A DNA stretch of 63,810 nt, counting the filler, from an uncultured bacterium (GTDB lineage Bacteria; CAYJRR01), in the NCBI GenBank assembly GCA_964372275.1. It is 6 parts of 6 records of this genome, joined end to end, with 100 filler letters (N's around TTAATTAATTAA, not from the genome) between each part and the next. Parts side by side here need not be neighbours in the genome. Positions count along the whole stretch, not along the records: positions 33,915 to 45,061 come from CAYJRR010000143.1; positions 45,162 to 56,248 come from CAYJRR010000144.1; 4 more parts are not named here. One strand, written 5' to 3'. Made by a program: the position numbers and the translations under genes. Below are positions 38,891 through 52,504 of this stretch, piece by piece; position 1 is the first letter of the stretch; every line of letters starts with the position of its first letter. The notes below the pieces were generated by a model. The model saw only the letters and a list, made by a program, of their open reading frames with translations, was not told the origin of the DNA and did not search any database.

Positions 38891-39865
38891 GTGATCGTCT
38901 TCGTCACGCGGCGGCTCGCGCTCGATCCGGTGGCGATCGCGCCGCCGGGGATCGACGTCGTCGTCTCGCCGCTCGATCGCCCGCTGTCGCGCGACGAGAT
39001 CGTCGACGCGGCCGCGGAGGCGTCGGGGATCGTGTCGATGTTGAGCGATCCGTTCGACGCCGACCTGATCGCCGCCCTCCCGCGATTGCGCGTGATCGCC
39101 AACCATGCCGTCGGCGTGAACAACGTCGATCTCGCGGCGGCGACGGCGCGCGGCATCGCGGTCTGCAACACCCCCGACGTGCTGACCGACGCGACCGCCG
39201 ACCTGACGATGGCGTTGATTCTGGCGGTGACCCGCCGCCTGCGCGAGGCCGAGCGACATCTTCGGCAGGGCGAATTCACGGGGTGGGCGCCGACCCTCCT
39301 CCTCGGAGGCGATCTCGCGGGGTCGACGTTGGGACTGTTCGGCTTCGGGCGGATCGGACGCGCGGTCGCCCGGCGGGCGGCGGCGTTCGGCATGCGGGTG
39401 CTGTTTCACTCCCGCCGGCCGATCGGCGCCGACGGCGAGCGCGAGGCCGACCGCCGGGTCGGCGAGCCGGCCGCGATCCGGGTGTCTTGGGACGACCTGC
39501 TTGGCTCGTCGGACATCGTCTCGATTCACGCGCCGCTCACGGTCGAGACCCGTCATGCGTTTGACGCCCGCGCCCTCGCCTCCATGAAGCGCGGAGCGAT
39601 CCTGATCAACACCGCCCGCGGCCCGATCGTCGACGAGGGGGCGCTGGTCGACGCTCTCCAGTACGGTCCTCTCGGCGGGGCCGGGCTGGACGTCTTCGAA
39701 GAGGAGCCGCGGGTTCACCCGGGTCTTTGTGGAAGGGACGATGTCGTGCTTCTCCCGCATGTCGGTAGTGCCACCTACAATACACGTGTGGCAATGGCAC
39801 GGCTTGCCTTGGGCGGCTGCTTCGAGGTTCTCCTCGGCCGAACACCAGCCAATCGAGTAGCGTAG
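38891..39865 (+). CDS. D-2-hydroxyacid dehydrogenase (glyoxylate reductase-like)
   Basis: NTPDVLT, GFGRIG, INTARG, LDVFE.EP and LPHVGS motifs; start GTG 38891. Confidence 0.93.
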   Translation: MIVFVTRRLALDPVAIAPPGIDVVVSPLDRPLSRDEIVDAAAEASGIVSMLSDPFDADLIAALPRLRVIANHAVGVNNVDLAAATARGIAVCNTPDVLTDATADLTMALILAVTRRLREAERHLRQGEFTGWAPTLLLGGDLAGSTLGLFGFGRIGRAVARRAAAFGMRVLFHSRRPIGADGEREADRRVGEPAAIRVSWDDLLGSSDIVSIHAPLTVETRHAFDARALASMKRGAILINTARGPIVDEGALVDALQYGPLGGAGLDVFEEEPRVHPGLCGRDDVVLLPHVGSATYNTRVAMARLALGGCFEVLLGRTPANRVA

Positions 39866-40002
39866 AGCTTGGGATCGAACGGGGAGAAGGCCCCCCAATC
39901 CGCGGCCCAACCGACGCAATCGATCCTTGAAAAGTACAACGTCGATCGTTCGTTGATCGGAGAAGTCGACCGGTACATCGGCTGCAGAGGAGGGGAGCTG
40001 CC

Positions 40003-40806
40003 GTGAAGTTCTACTCGTCGATTCGTCCCCCGGCCGATCTTCCACTCGCCGAAGTCGAGCTTCGGCCTCGGAGCGAGGTGTCGGCCGGTCGGTCGATCAC
40101 GGGCGAAGAAGTCGAACGAGCCTTTCGTTCGTTCTCGGAGCGGTTTCACGCAAGCCGCTTCTCCAACGAGGAGTGGTCGGATCGATCGGGGGAGTTGAGG
40201 ATCGTTCTCCTGGACGATCGGGTCGTAGTACGCCAGGAGCTGCCAACGTCCGATCGCTCCGACCTGGCCCATCGACTCGATCGGCTGTACGAGCTCTGCT
40301 TTGCATTGAGTGACGCCCTCGACCTCGACCCGAGCGACCTTCACCTGGGCACGATCATTACGCGCCACCGGTACGAGCGCCAGTTTGGAACGATCGTCGA
40401 TCGCTACTGCCGAATGGTCAAGACAGTCGACCTGCTCCACAGCGAGCGCGGATGGCGAACGCTTTCCAGCGCGGCCCCTCCCATACTGGCCGATCCTGTC
40501 CCGGCAATTGAAGTCGACCCGTTGCAGCTGCCACCCGGACTCCGCAAACGGGGCCGGGACCGAGTCGGATTCCTCGAGCTGAGCGGGGACCGAGCGTTGG
40601 CGGCCCTTTCCTTCCTGTCGCCTGAGCGCCCGTACGTGGCCCTCTTGCCTCGGGAACCGCTGGTTGGGGACCCTAGCACCGTCCTACGGGTGTTACGCCT
40701 GGCCTACCCCGCCTCCGACGTGGCGCTCGTCGAGGCGGCCGCGTCGGGGTCACGCTCGATTCGGCATATCGACCGGGGTGCCTATGGGGTCCAGGTCTCC
40801 CTCTAG
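40003..40806 (+). CDS. Hypothetical protein
   Basis: Strong GAGGAGGGG RBS and protein-like composition; no family recognised. Confidence 0.6.
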   Translation: MKFYSSIRPPADLPLAEVELRPRSEVSAGRSITGEEVERAFRSFSERFHASRFSNEEWSDRSGELRIVLLDDRVVVRQELPTSDRSDLAHRLDRLYELCFALSDALDLDPSDLHLGTIITRHRYERQFGTIVDRYCRMVKTVDLLHSERGWRTLSSAAPPILADPVPAIEVDPLQLPPGLRKRGRDRVGFLELSGDRALAALSFLSPERPYVALLPREPLVGDPSTVLRVLRLAYPASDVALVEAAASGSRSIRHIDRGAYGVQVSL

Positions 40807-40821
40807 CAGCGGCGTAGGAGG

Positions 40822-40837
40822 TGTTCCACGTGGAACA
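40822..40837. promoter_or_regulatory. parS centromere site 1
   Basis: Perfect palindrome TGTTCCACGTGGAACA about 2 kb from parA. Confidence 0.93.
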
Positions 40838-40885
40838 TCGCTCCGAATCCAGCGACAGCATCGCACCCGATTCGGTGGTGGACGA

Positions 40886-40901
40886 CGTTTCACGTGGAAC
40901 A
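40886..40901. promoter_or_regulatory. parS site 2, overlapping the rsmG stop
   Basis: CGTTTCACGTGGAACA. Confidence 0.88.
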
Positions 40902-41546
40902 TCGGCCGATCACAAGCAGCACCCTGGGATCTCCCGATTCGGGCAGCGTAAGCGCACGAGTTTCCAAGACGCCGAGTCCGTGGCTGCGAAGTGTTGGCGC
41001 CGCCGCCTGAAGCTCTTCGTCCAGGCCGCTCGACTTCATCGCGAGTAGCCTTGTCCCGGCCAGCAGCCACCGCGACGAAAGCTGGACCAGGCCCTCAACA
41101 CTCGCCAAGGCGCGCGCTGTGACCCAGTCGGGGGCCGGACGGCTGCGGATCACCTCCTCGGCTCGCGCATTCACGACCTCAACGCCGCGCAGTCGCAGCT
41201 CGCGCACGACCTGCCGCTGAAAGGCGCACTTCTTGGCGCGCGCTTCGACGGAGGTGATCGTCAAATCCGATCGCACAACGGACAGGACGAGCCCTGGAAA
41301 TCCGGCACCCGATCCGAGATCGACGATCGAGGATCCGGACGGAAACATGACCTGCGCGGCGATCGAATCGAGCAGGTGCCGCTCCCGAATCGCCTCCGGT
41401 TCGAGCACCGACGTAAGGTCGATCGTTCGCCCCCATGTGACGAGCAGCTCTGAGAATTGCGCGAGCCGTTCCGCGTCGCGCTCCGCGAGATCGATTCCGA
41501 GTCGTGCCGCCCCGACCGCCAGCTTTCGCTTCCACTCGTGGGTCAT
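40890..41546 (-). CDS. rsmG: 16S rRNA m7G527 methyltransferase
   Basis: RHLLDS, DLGSGAGFPG, VE...KK..F and RAL motifs; start uncertain. Confidence 0.95.
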   Translation of the reverse strand: MTHEWKRKLAVGAARLGIDLAERDAERLAQFSELLVTWGRTIDLTSVLEPEAIRERHLLDSIAAQVMFPSGSSIVDLGSGAGFPGLVLSVVRSDLTITSVEARAKKCAFQRQVVRELRLRGVEVVNARAEEVIRSRPAPDWVTARALASVEGLVQLSSRWLLAGTRLLAMKSSGLDEELQAAAPTLRSHGLGVLETRALTLPESGDPRVLLVIGRCST

Positions 41547-41589
41547 TGCGTAGGGCACCGTCGTTCGACGCGGTGCGTCATCGATCCAA

Positions 41590-41605
41590 CGTTCCATGTG
41601 GAACG
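41590..41605. promoter_or_regulatory. parS site 3
   Basis: CGTTCCATGTGGAACG (one central mismatch). Confidence 0.8.
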
Positions 41606-41669
41606 TCGCAACGCCCGCACCGACCGGAGGGAGGCGATCCTAGCCGAGCCGGAGTTGGCGGTCCTCTCG

Positions 41670-41710
41670 AAAAAAAGGAAGGGCCCGTGGGCGATCTGCC
41701 CACGGGCCCT
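41670..41710 (-). terminator. Rho-independent terminator
   Basis: 13-bp stem AGGGCCCGTGGGC, 5-nt loop, then TCCTTTTTTT on the minus strand, 14 nt after the stop at 41725. Confidence 0.85.
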
Positions 41711-41724
41711 GGACCGTCAACGAT

Positions 41725-42924
41725 TCAGCGCCGGTCTCGTTCACCGCCCTTGGGCTCGGTCACCGCCGGCCGTCCGAGGCGACCCCCGCCCTTATCGTCC
41801 TTCTTCTCCTCGTCCTTCTTCTCGTCCTCGCGCTTGTCGTCCCGTCGCTTGGCGTCGTCCTTCTTTTCGTCCTCTTTCTTTTCGCCCCCTCGGCGGTCGA
41901 CGGCCGGCTCGCGCTTGGTGTCGAGGGCCGGTCCGCCGATCGCCGGACGGGGATCGACGGCCTTCGGTTCGGGGGCCGGGGCTGCCGCCGGCCGACCCGA
42001 GGCCGGGCTCCACCCCTCTCGTGCCGGGCCCGGGGTAGGAGCCGACTCCGTTCCGCGCGCCGCGTCATGGGCCTGACCCCGACCGCCCCGCCCGGACGAC
42101 TCCCGCCCGGAGGTCGATCCACCACCGGACTCTCGGCCCGACGCCCCCCCGTCGACCGCCTCGCGGGTCGAGCTCGTTCCGACCCCCTGCTCTCGGCCGG
42201 AGCTCGACCCATGACCGGTACCCGAGCGCGTCGAATCGCGATACGACTCTCCACGACCGCCGGAGTGCGATCGGCGATACTCCTCGTGCTCACGGTAGGA
42301 GGTCGTGCCGACGCGGCGCCCGTCGTGACCGTAGCTGCCGCGATCCCGGTAGTAGTGGTCGTCGTACGAGCCGGCGTAGTAGTACGTGCCCCGGTCGTAG
42401 CGGTACGTCTGCCCGCGCGACGGCGGGTAGTAGTGCCGGTGGTTGCCCGATTGGAAGCACCAGTGACCCCACGGGTGCGGATGGTGTCCGACGTACAGGT
42501 AGACGTTCGTGTAGCCGTACGGGGTCGGATCGCCCGCGTAGAAGTAGTAGCCGTTGTAGAAGGTGAACGCGTATCCGCCGTGTGGCTCGTACGAATGGTG
42601 ATGCGCCCCGTGGATCGGGCACCAATGATCGTGATGCCCGCGGTGATGTCCGGGTGAGACCGGATGAACACCGTAGTACCAGACGACGTTCGGCTCGTAG
42701 TAGACGATCGTCGGCGGCGGCGCCTCTTCATAATAGACGACGGTCGTCGTCGTCGCCGGCGGTGGAGGGGGCGGAACCGGCGGCGCGGTCGGCGGGGGCG
42801 GCGGGGGAGGGGAGGCGACGACCACGCCCCCTTCTTGCGCCGGCACGACGATGCAGCCGGAGCCCGCGCCGTACGCGGCGAGCGCCAGGACTCCCAGAAC
42901 GATCGTTCTCGAATGCGGGTGCAT
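41725..42924 (-). CDS. His/Tyr-rich repeat lipoprotein
   Basis: Lipobox-like GSGC, poly-Pro, two G.HP...WC...G.H.H.Y.P repeats, charged tail; AAGGGAG RBS and terminator. Confidence 0.8.
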   Translation of the reverse strand: MHPHSRTIVLGVLALAAYGAGSGCIVVPAQEGGVVVASPPPPPPPTAPPVPPPPPPATTTTVVYYEEAPPPTIVYYEPNVVWYYGVHPVSPGHHRGHHDHWCPIHGAHHHSYEPHGGYAFTFYNGYYFYAGDPTPYGYTNVYLYVGHHPHPWGHWCFQSGNHRHYYPPSRGQTYRYDRGTYYYAGSYDDHYYRDRGSYGHDGRRVGTTSYREHEEYRRSHSGGRGESYRDSTRSGTGHGSSSGREQGVGTSSTREAVDGGASGRESGGGSTSGRESSGRGGRGQAHDAARGTESAPTPGPAREGWSPASGRPAAAPAPEPKAVDPRPAIGGPALDTKREPAVDRRGGEKKEDEKKDDAKRRDDKREDEKKDEEKKDDKGGGRLGRPAVTEPKGGERDRR

Positions 42925-43009
42925 ACGGGCTCCCTTTCGGTTTGTTGCCTCGCGTCTTACGTCCCCTTGGACGCCGCCGCCGGCCGGCGAATTCTACCGC
43001 CGAAATCCC

Positions 43010-43840
43010 TTACAGACCGAGCACGTCCTTCATCTCGTAGAGCGCCGGGGGGCGCCCGACGATCCACGCGGCGGCGCGCGCCGCACCGGCGGCGAAGGTA
43101 TCGCGCGAATGGGCCCGGTGCGTGACCTCGATCCGCTCCCCCGGCCCGAGGAAGTAGACGGTGTGATCGCCGACGACGTCGCCGCCTCGCAGCGCGAGGA
43201 CGCCGAGCTCTCCGTCGGTGCGGGCGCCGACCGCCCCCTCGCGGCCGGTGACCTTGGCCTTCGTGAGATCGAGCGAGCGACCGGCGGCGGCCGCCTCGGC
43301 CAGGCGAAGCGCCGTGCCGGACGGCGCGTCAACCTTCTTGCGATGGTGGATCTCCGCGATCTCGACGTCGTATCCGGCGAGCGTTCGCGAGAGCGATCCG
43401 ACGACCGCCAGCAGCGCGTTGACGCCGACGCTGAAGTTCGCGGCGCGAACGATCGGGATCCGCGCGCTCGCCGCCTCGATCGCGCGCTGCGGCCCCCCGT
43501 CGAGGCCGGTCGTTCCGATCACCGCCGCGACGCCGCGCCCGGCGCAGGCGGCGGCGGCGTGGGCGGTGGCAGCGGGGGAGGTGAAGTCGATCGCCACGTC
43601 GACCGCGTCGAGCGCGCGCTCGAGGTCGGCGTTCACGATGACGCCGAGCGCGCGGATCCCGGCGAGCGCCCCGGCGTCGGCGCCGATTTCGGCGGCCCCC
43701 TCGCGCTCGACCGCGGCGACGACGGCGAGGCCGGCGGTCTCCGCGACCGCGGCGGTGACGCGGCGACCCATCCGCCCTCCAGCGCCGAGGACGGCGACGC
43801 GGATCGTCCGCCCGACTCCCGCCGGCGCGCGAGCGCTCAC
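43010..43840 (-). CDS. dapB: 4-hydroxy-tetrahydrodipicolinate reductase
   Basis: GAGGRMG, IGTTG and E.HHRKKVDAPSGTA motifs; GTGA overlap with dapA. Confidence 0.97.
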   Translation of the reverse strand: MSARAPAGVGRTIRVAVLGAGGRMGRRVTAAVAETAGLAVVAAVEREGAAEIGADAGALAGIRALGVIVNADLERALDAVDVAIDFTSPAATAHAAAACAGRGVAAVIGTTGLDGGPQRAIEAASARIPIVRAANFSVGVNALLAVVGSLSRTLAGYDVEIAEIHHRKKVDAPSGTALRLAEAAAAGRSLDLTKAKVTGREGAVGARTDGELGVLALRGGDVVGDHTVYFLGPGERIEVTHRAHSRDTFAAGAARAAAWIVGRPPALYEMKDVLGL

Positions 43841-44724
43841 GACACCAGCCCCAACTCCTTCATCGCCGATTCGAGCTTCGCCAGCGGTGCCGACGACAGC
43901 GGCGCGAGCGGCAGCCGTACCTCCGGCTCGATCCGCCCGATGCGCGCGAGCGCCGCCTTCACCGGGATCGGGTTGCTCTCCAGGAACAGCGCGCGCATCA
44001 GCGGCAGCAGCCGGCCGTGGTGCGCGCGGGCGGCGGCGTAGTCGGCGGCCCCCGCCGCCCGGGCCTCCGAAGAAGCCACGCCCGGGACGACAATAGACGA
44101 CACACAGAAAAAACCGACGGCGCCCAGCGCGATCAACGGGAAGGTGAGGGCGTCCTCGCCGGAGATCAGCGCCAGCCGCGATCCGCACAGACGGACGATC
44201 TCCGCCGCCTGCACCAGGTCGCCCGACGCCTCCTTGGTCGCGACGATGCGCGGATGCTCGGCGCATCGCGCGACCGTCTCGGGGAGCATGTTGACGCCGG
44301 TACGTCCGGGCACGTTGTAGAGGACGATCGGGAGGTCGACCGCGTCGGCAATGGCGCGGTAGTGCCGGTAGAGCCCCTCCTGCGTCGGCTTGTTGTAGTA
44401 CGGGGTGACGACCAGCGCCGCGTCGGCGCCGATCTCCTTCGCCGCCCTGGACAGCTCGATCGTCCCGGCGGTGTCGTTTTTTCCTGTTCCCGCAATGGTG
44501 GGAACGCGCCCCTTCGCCGTCTTCACGCAGAGGCGGATCACCTCGAGCTGCTCCTCGCGGGTGAGGGTCGCGCTCTCGCCGGTGGTGCCGGCGGGAACGA
44601 GCGCGGAGGTCCCCTCCGCGATCTGCCACTCGACGTGGCGCGTGAACGCCGCTTCGTCGAGCTTCGCGTCGCGGAACGGCGTGACCAGCGCCGTCATCGA
44701 GCCTTCGAGCCGGAGCGCCATCAT
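43837..44724 (-). CDS. dapA: 4-hydroxy-tetrahydrodipicolinate synthase
   Basis: TALVTPF, GTTGES, PYYNKP, YNVPGRT, KEASG and NPIPVK motifs. Confidence 0.96.
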   Translation of the reverse strand: MMALRLEGSMTALVTPFRDAKLDEAAFTRHVEWQIAEGTSALVPAGTTGESATLTREEQLEVIRLCVKTAKGRVPTIAGTGKNDTAGTIELSRAAKEIGADAALVVTPYYNKPTQEGLYRHYRAIADAVDLPIVLYNVPGRTGVNMLPETVARCAEHPRIVATKEASGDLVQAAEIVRLCGSRLALISGEDALTFPLIALGAVGFFCVSSIVVPGVASSEARAAGAADYAAARAHHGRLLPLMRALFLESNPIPVKAALARIGRIEPEVRLPLAPLSSAPLAKLESAMKELGLVS

Positions 44725-45061
44725 CCCTCCTTCCAATCGACCTCGCCGCGGAACACCTCCGCCGCGGGGCCGGTCATCCTCACCCGTCCGTCGTCTTCGC
44801 GCCAGTCGATCCGAAGCAGGCCGCCCGGGAGGCGCACGACGCTCCGCCGGCCGGCGCGCCCGGTGAGCGCCGCCGCCACGCCGACGGCGCAAGCCCCGGT
44901 CCCACAGGCAAGCGTCGCCCCTGCGCCGCGCTCCCAGACCCGCGTCTCGAGCGCGCCCTCCTTCACCTGCACGAACTCGACGTTGGTGCGGCGGGGAAAA
45001 AGCGGATCGCGCTCGATCGCCGGTCCCCAGACGTCGAGCGGAACGGCGGCGACGTCGTCGA
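44721..45061 (-). CDS. dapF: Diaminopimelate epimerase, C-terminal fragment
   Basis: [27 protein letters not shown] and MTGPA motifs. Confidence 0.96.
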
Positions 45062-45161
45062 NNNNNNNNNNNNNNNNNNNNNNNNNNNNNNNNNNNNNNN
45101 NNNNNTTAATTAATTAANNNNNNNNNNNNNNNNNNNNNNNNNNNNNNNNNNNNNNNNNNNN
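45062..45161. other. Artificial contig-joining spacer
   Basis: N100 with TTAATTAATTAA. Confidence 0.99.
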
Positions 45162-46233
45162 TGTGGATGTCGTCCTGCCGGCTCTCCAGTCCGCGCGCCG
45201 ACACGTCGCGTGTGAAGAGGGCGGCGTATTCGTCCCAACGGCCGCGCCAGCGGAGCAGCGCCGTTCCGTCCTCGCCGTCCGTGATCGTCCATCGGCCCAG
45301 CGTTACCTCTCGCGGACCGACGCGAAGCGCGGGAAGCGGGGGCCGCGAGTCCGGTGGAGGAGGCGCGGCGAGGCTCCAATCGTCGACCACCGAATTGTCG
45401 GCGGTCCGTGCCGCGAGCGCGGCGATCGGCAGGTCGGCGACCGGAAGCCCGTCGACGTCGAGCACCGGCGCGAATCGGCGCGCGCGGCCATCGCCGTCGA
45501 TGACGTGCTCGTGGTTCACCAGCCCCAAGGCCCGGGCTCCGACGAGCATGTTCGCCTCTGGGTAGCGCAGCGGCGTCTTCGCGCTTTTCGCCGAGCGGAA
45601 GGGGACGAGCGTCGATCGGTCGTCGACCGCCGGAAGACGAGAGGCGAGGTAGGGGGTCAGCGCCGGGTGCCGGCCGGACTCGACGTCGACGTCGACCGGT
45701 CGGAGGCCTGCCGGCACGTCGACGGCGTAGACGCCGAAGACGACGTTTCCGGCGCCATAGGCCGCCTTGGCGGCGGCGCGCGTCTCCTCGTAGGCGAGCC
45801 CCGCCTTGACCGCCTCCGGCGGCGGCGCGGCGAACGGATCGGCGCGCGCATAGAGGGCGGTGTCGCGGCGGTCGGAGAAGACGTAGTCGAGGACGATCGC
45901 CCTGGCTCCGAGCGCGTGCAGGGCGGAGATCAGCTCGCCGTAGAACGACCGGTCGGGGGGCCAGGGGAGGCCGTTCTCCTCGAGCAGCCGGATCGTCGCT
46001 TCGTCGATGGTGACGACGGTGAGCTCGTCGGTCGCCTCCTCCGGTCGCGCGTCGTGCGCGAGGAGAAAGTCGTAGACGGCAAGCTCCCAGCGATGCAGCA
46101 GCCCGAATCCGCGCCATCGGCCCCGGTAGCCGGTGAAGACGAGAAGTCCGACCGCGAGTCCGATCAGCGCTCCGAGGACGCCTCGCTCGAGCTGGCGGCG
46201 GGCGATCGAGGCGCGGCCGGGCTCGGAGCTCAT
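45162..46233 (-). CDS. CHASE2 sensor-domain membrane protein (truncated; output domain missing)
   Basis: TM, EL..YD, VVTIDEAT, WP.DR, GARAI.LD.VF and D.DG..RR motifs. Confidence 0.85.
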
Positions 46234-46272
46234 CGCCGGATCAGTCTACCGCCGTCGCGTGCGGCCGCGGCG

Positions 46273-50237
<3,965 letters not shown>

Positions 50238-50241
<4 letters not shown>

Positions 50242-51467
50242 TTTCCTCCTCCGAAGTAGGTGGTCAGGCCGACCGACATCACCAGCGCGATGGCGGGATC
50301 GGAGGCGGTGCCGTCCGCGGTGACGGTGGTGCTCTCCATCTCCAGCAGGACGTCGCCGCTTACCGACTTGGAGAACCAGCTCGAAGAGCCGATTCCGAGC
50401 GCGTAGGTGTAGGAGAAGACCTCCGCGTCGAGGTCGAGACCCATCCGGAAGCCGTAGGTCCAGAAGACCTCCTCCTTCTTGCGAGGAGGACCCAACCGAT
50501 AGCGGAAGCTCCCGCCGAGGCTGAAGACGGTCGAGTCGACGTCGGGCTGACCGTCGGCCCCTTCGACCTTGGTCGAGGTCCAGCCGATGTCGGCCGATCC
50601 GGCGCGACCCTTGTTGTCGGGGGACGACCCGAACCGGAAGTTCCCGCCGCTGGTGGAGACGCCTTTCGTCGAGAAGGCGCGCCCGCCGACGTAGAGCATG
50701 TTGCGGCTCCCGTCCTTCATCCGCGCCGTCGGCGGCGGACCGCTCTTGGCGAGCGTGTCGAGCTTGGCCCGCCGTTGGCGGAGCAGCTCCTGCCCCTTGG
50801 CATCGCCGCGCCGGGAGGCGGCGATCGTCGCCTCGTCGGTCTGCCGGATCGCCTCGCCGATCGCGCCGACCGACTCCAACGCCGCCGAGTAGCGGGTGCG
50901 CGGGAGCGGGTGGTCGGGACGCGTCTCGACGACATCGCGCCACGCCTCGACCGCGCGCCACTTGGCGCCGTTCTCGGCGAGCGCTTCGGCGACCCGGTAC
51001 TCGAGCATCGTCGAACCGAGTCCCGTCCGCAGCGGCGGGCGGCGATAGCGTTGCACCAGGAACGGCGCTTGCGCGCCGATCCACGTCGGTGGCGTGGTCC
51101 CCTTCGCGAGGTCGGAGGCGAGGGTTTCCTGTCCCGCCATCGCGAACACCTGCGCCGCGTACCAGCGCGATCCCGGCGCGCCGTCCATACGGTCGGCGCG
51201 GTCGATCGTCGCCAAGGCCGCCTCGTGCAGGCCGGCCATCGCCAGCGCCAGGGCGATCTCGTAGTGAAGCTCGGCGTTCTGATCGCCGCCAGGCATGGTG
51301 GCGAGCTTGGAGTACTCCTGCAGCGCCTGGTCGACGTTCCCGACCATCACCGCCTGGCGCGCGCCACCGGTCATCGCCGCCATCGCGATCGGGGAGCCGC
51401 GTGCCGCCATGGTGGAGGCGCACCCGCTCGACAGGAGCGCGACGCCGACGAGAGGGGCGAACTTCAC
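50238..51467 (-). CDS. TPR-like lipoprotein with predicted C-terminal beta-barrel
   Basis: Lipobox LSSGC, helical TPR-like repeats, about 8 amphipathic strands ending MSVGLTTYF; GTGA overlap. Confidence 0.7.
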
Positions 51468-52504
51468 GGTTTGCCCTTCTTCTTCGGGGCCGCCGCCCGG
51501 AGCCCGGCCTCCGTTCCGCGGATCCGGGCGATCCCGCCGCCGGGACCGAAGCGCACGAACAGCGCGTCGCCCCGCGCCGCGATCTCCGGCCGCCGGGTGA
51601 GAAGCATGTCGGACTGCCAGCCGCGTCCGAGGAAGCCGACGCGGATCGGCGTGGTGTAGAACAGGCCGACGCCCGGGACGAGCTCGAGTCCGGTGACCTC
51701 CAGCAGCCCCTTGGCGTATTTCGTCGACGTCGGCGTGTCGCTCTCCCCGGGTTCCGGAATCGCCTTCGGCGCCCGGATCTCGTGGACCGTCCCGTCGATG
51801 GCGGCGAAAGTCCGGTTCCCGTCGCCCGTGACGGCGGTGATCCGTTTTCGACTCTGGACGAGCGGCTTGATGCGACCCGCGGCCGCGTCGTAGAGGAAGA
51901 GTTGGTCGTCGGTCGGGCGGCGGATCCGCAGATAGGCGAACGGCCCCCGCGCGGAGAACAGGCGAAGCTCCCCCGCCGGGATCTTCGTTTTCGGCTGGAA
52001 GGCGAGCGACGCCTTGGGCCCTTTCGATCTGGTGACGAAGCCCAGCTCGCCCTTGGACGCGGCGAGGATCCGGCCGTCGTCGATCCAGACCAGGTCGTCG
52101 AGCGGACGGTCGGCCGAGACGACGCCGCCCTTCTCCAGGTGGAGGAGCAGTCCGCTGGCGGCGATCCACGGCAGGCCCTCGTCGTCGACGAGGAGACGAT
52201 CGGCGGCGCCCCCCCCGGACGGGGTGCTCGCCGCGCGCGTCGTCCGGTGGGGGAGGACCCAGTCGACCTGCGCGCCGTTCGGCAGCCAGAGAACGTGCGA
52301 GTCGGGGGGCAGGCCCGCCGCCGCCGAGGGAGCGGCGCTCGGGGCGGGCGCGTGAGCGGCGCCGGCGGATTTCGACGCGGCGGCGGTCGGGGGCGCCGCG
52401 CCCGGCTTCGGCGTGGCCGCCGGCGTGGCCGCCGCCGGGGGCGCCGCGAGCGCCGGCGGCGCGACGAGAAGGGCGAGCGCGAGGGCGGTGCTTTCGATTC
52501 TCAT
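51464..52504 (-). CDS. Exported beta-rich (propeller-like) hypothetical protein
   Basis: Signal ending ALA, Ala/Pro linker, repeated short strands with D/G turns; ATGA overlap. Confidence 0.7.
   Translation of the reverse strand: MRIESTALALALLVAPPALAAPPAAATPAATPKPGAAPPTAAASKSAGAAHAPAPSAAPSAAAGLPPDSHVLWLPNGAQVDWVLPHRTTRAASTPSGGGAADRLLVDDEGLPWIAASGLLLHLEKGGVVSADRPLDDLVWIDDGRILAASKGELGFVTRSKGPKASLAFQPKTKIPAGELRLFSARGPFAYLRIRRPTDDQLFLYDAAAGRIKPLVQSRKRITAVTGDGNRTFAAIDGTVHEIRAPKAIPEPGESDTPTSTKYAKGLLEVTGLELVPGVGLFYTTPIRVGFLGRGWQSDMLLTRRPEIAARGDALFVRFGPGGGIARIRGTEAGLRAAAPKKKGKP

Noticed and set aside
39866-41700. Possible oriC near parS in a less GC-rich stretch
   Set aside because: No TTATCCACA-type DnaA box cluster or AT-rich unwinding element was seen.
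44060-44125. DapA segment [17 protein letters not shown] departs from the GxISVxSN consensus and is oddly A/T-rich
   Set aside because: Looks like low-quality sequence rather than a variant enzyme; the catalytic motifs elsewhere are intact.
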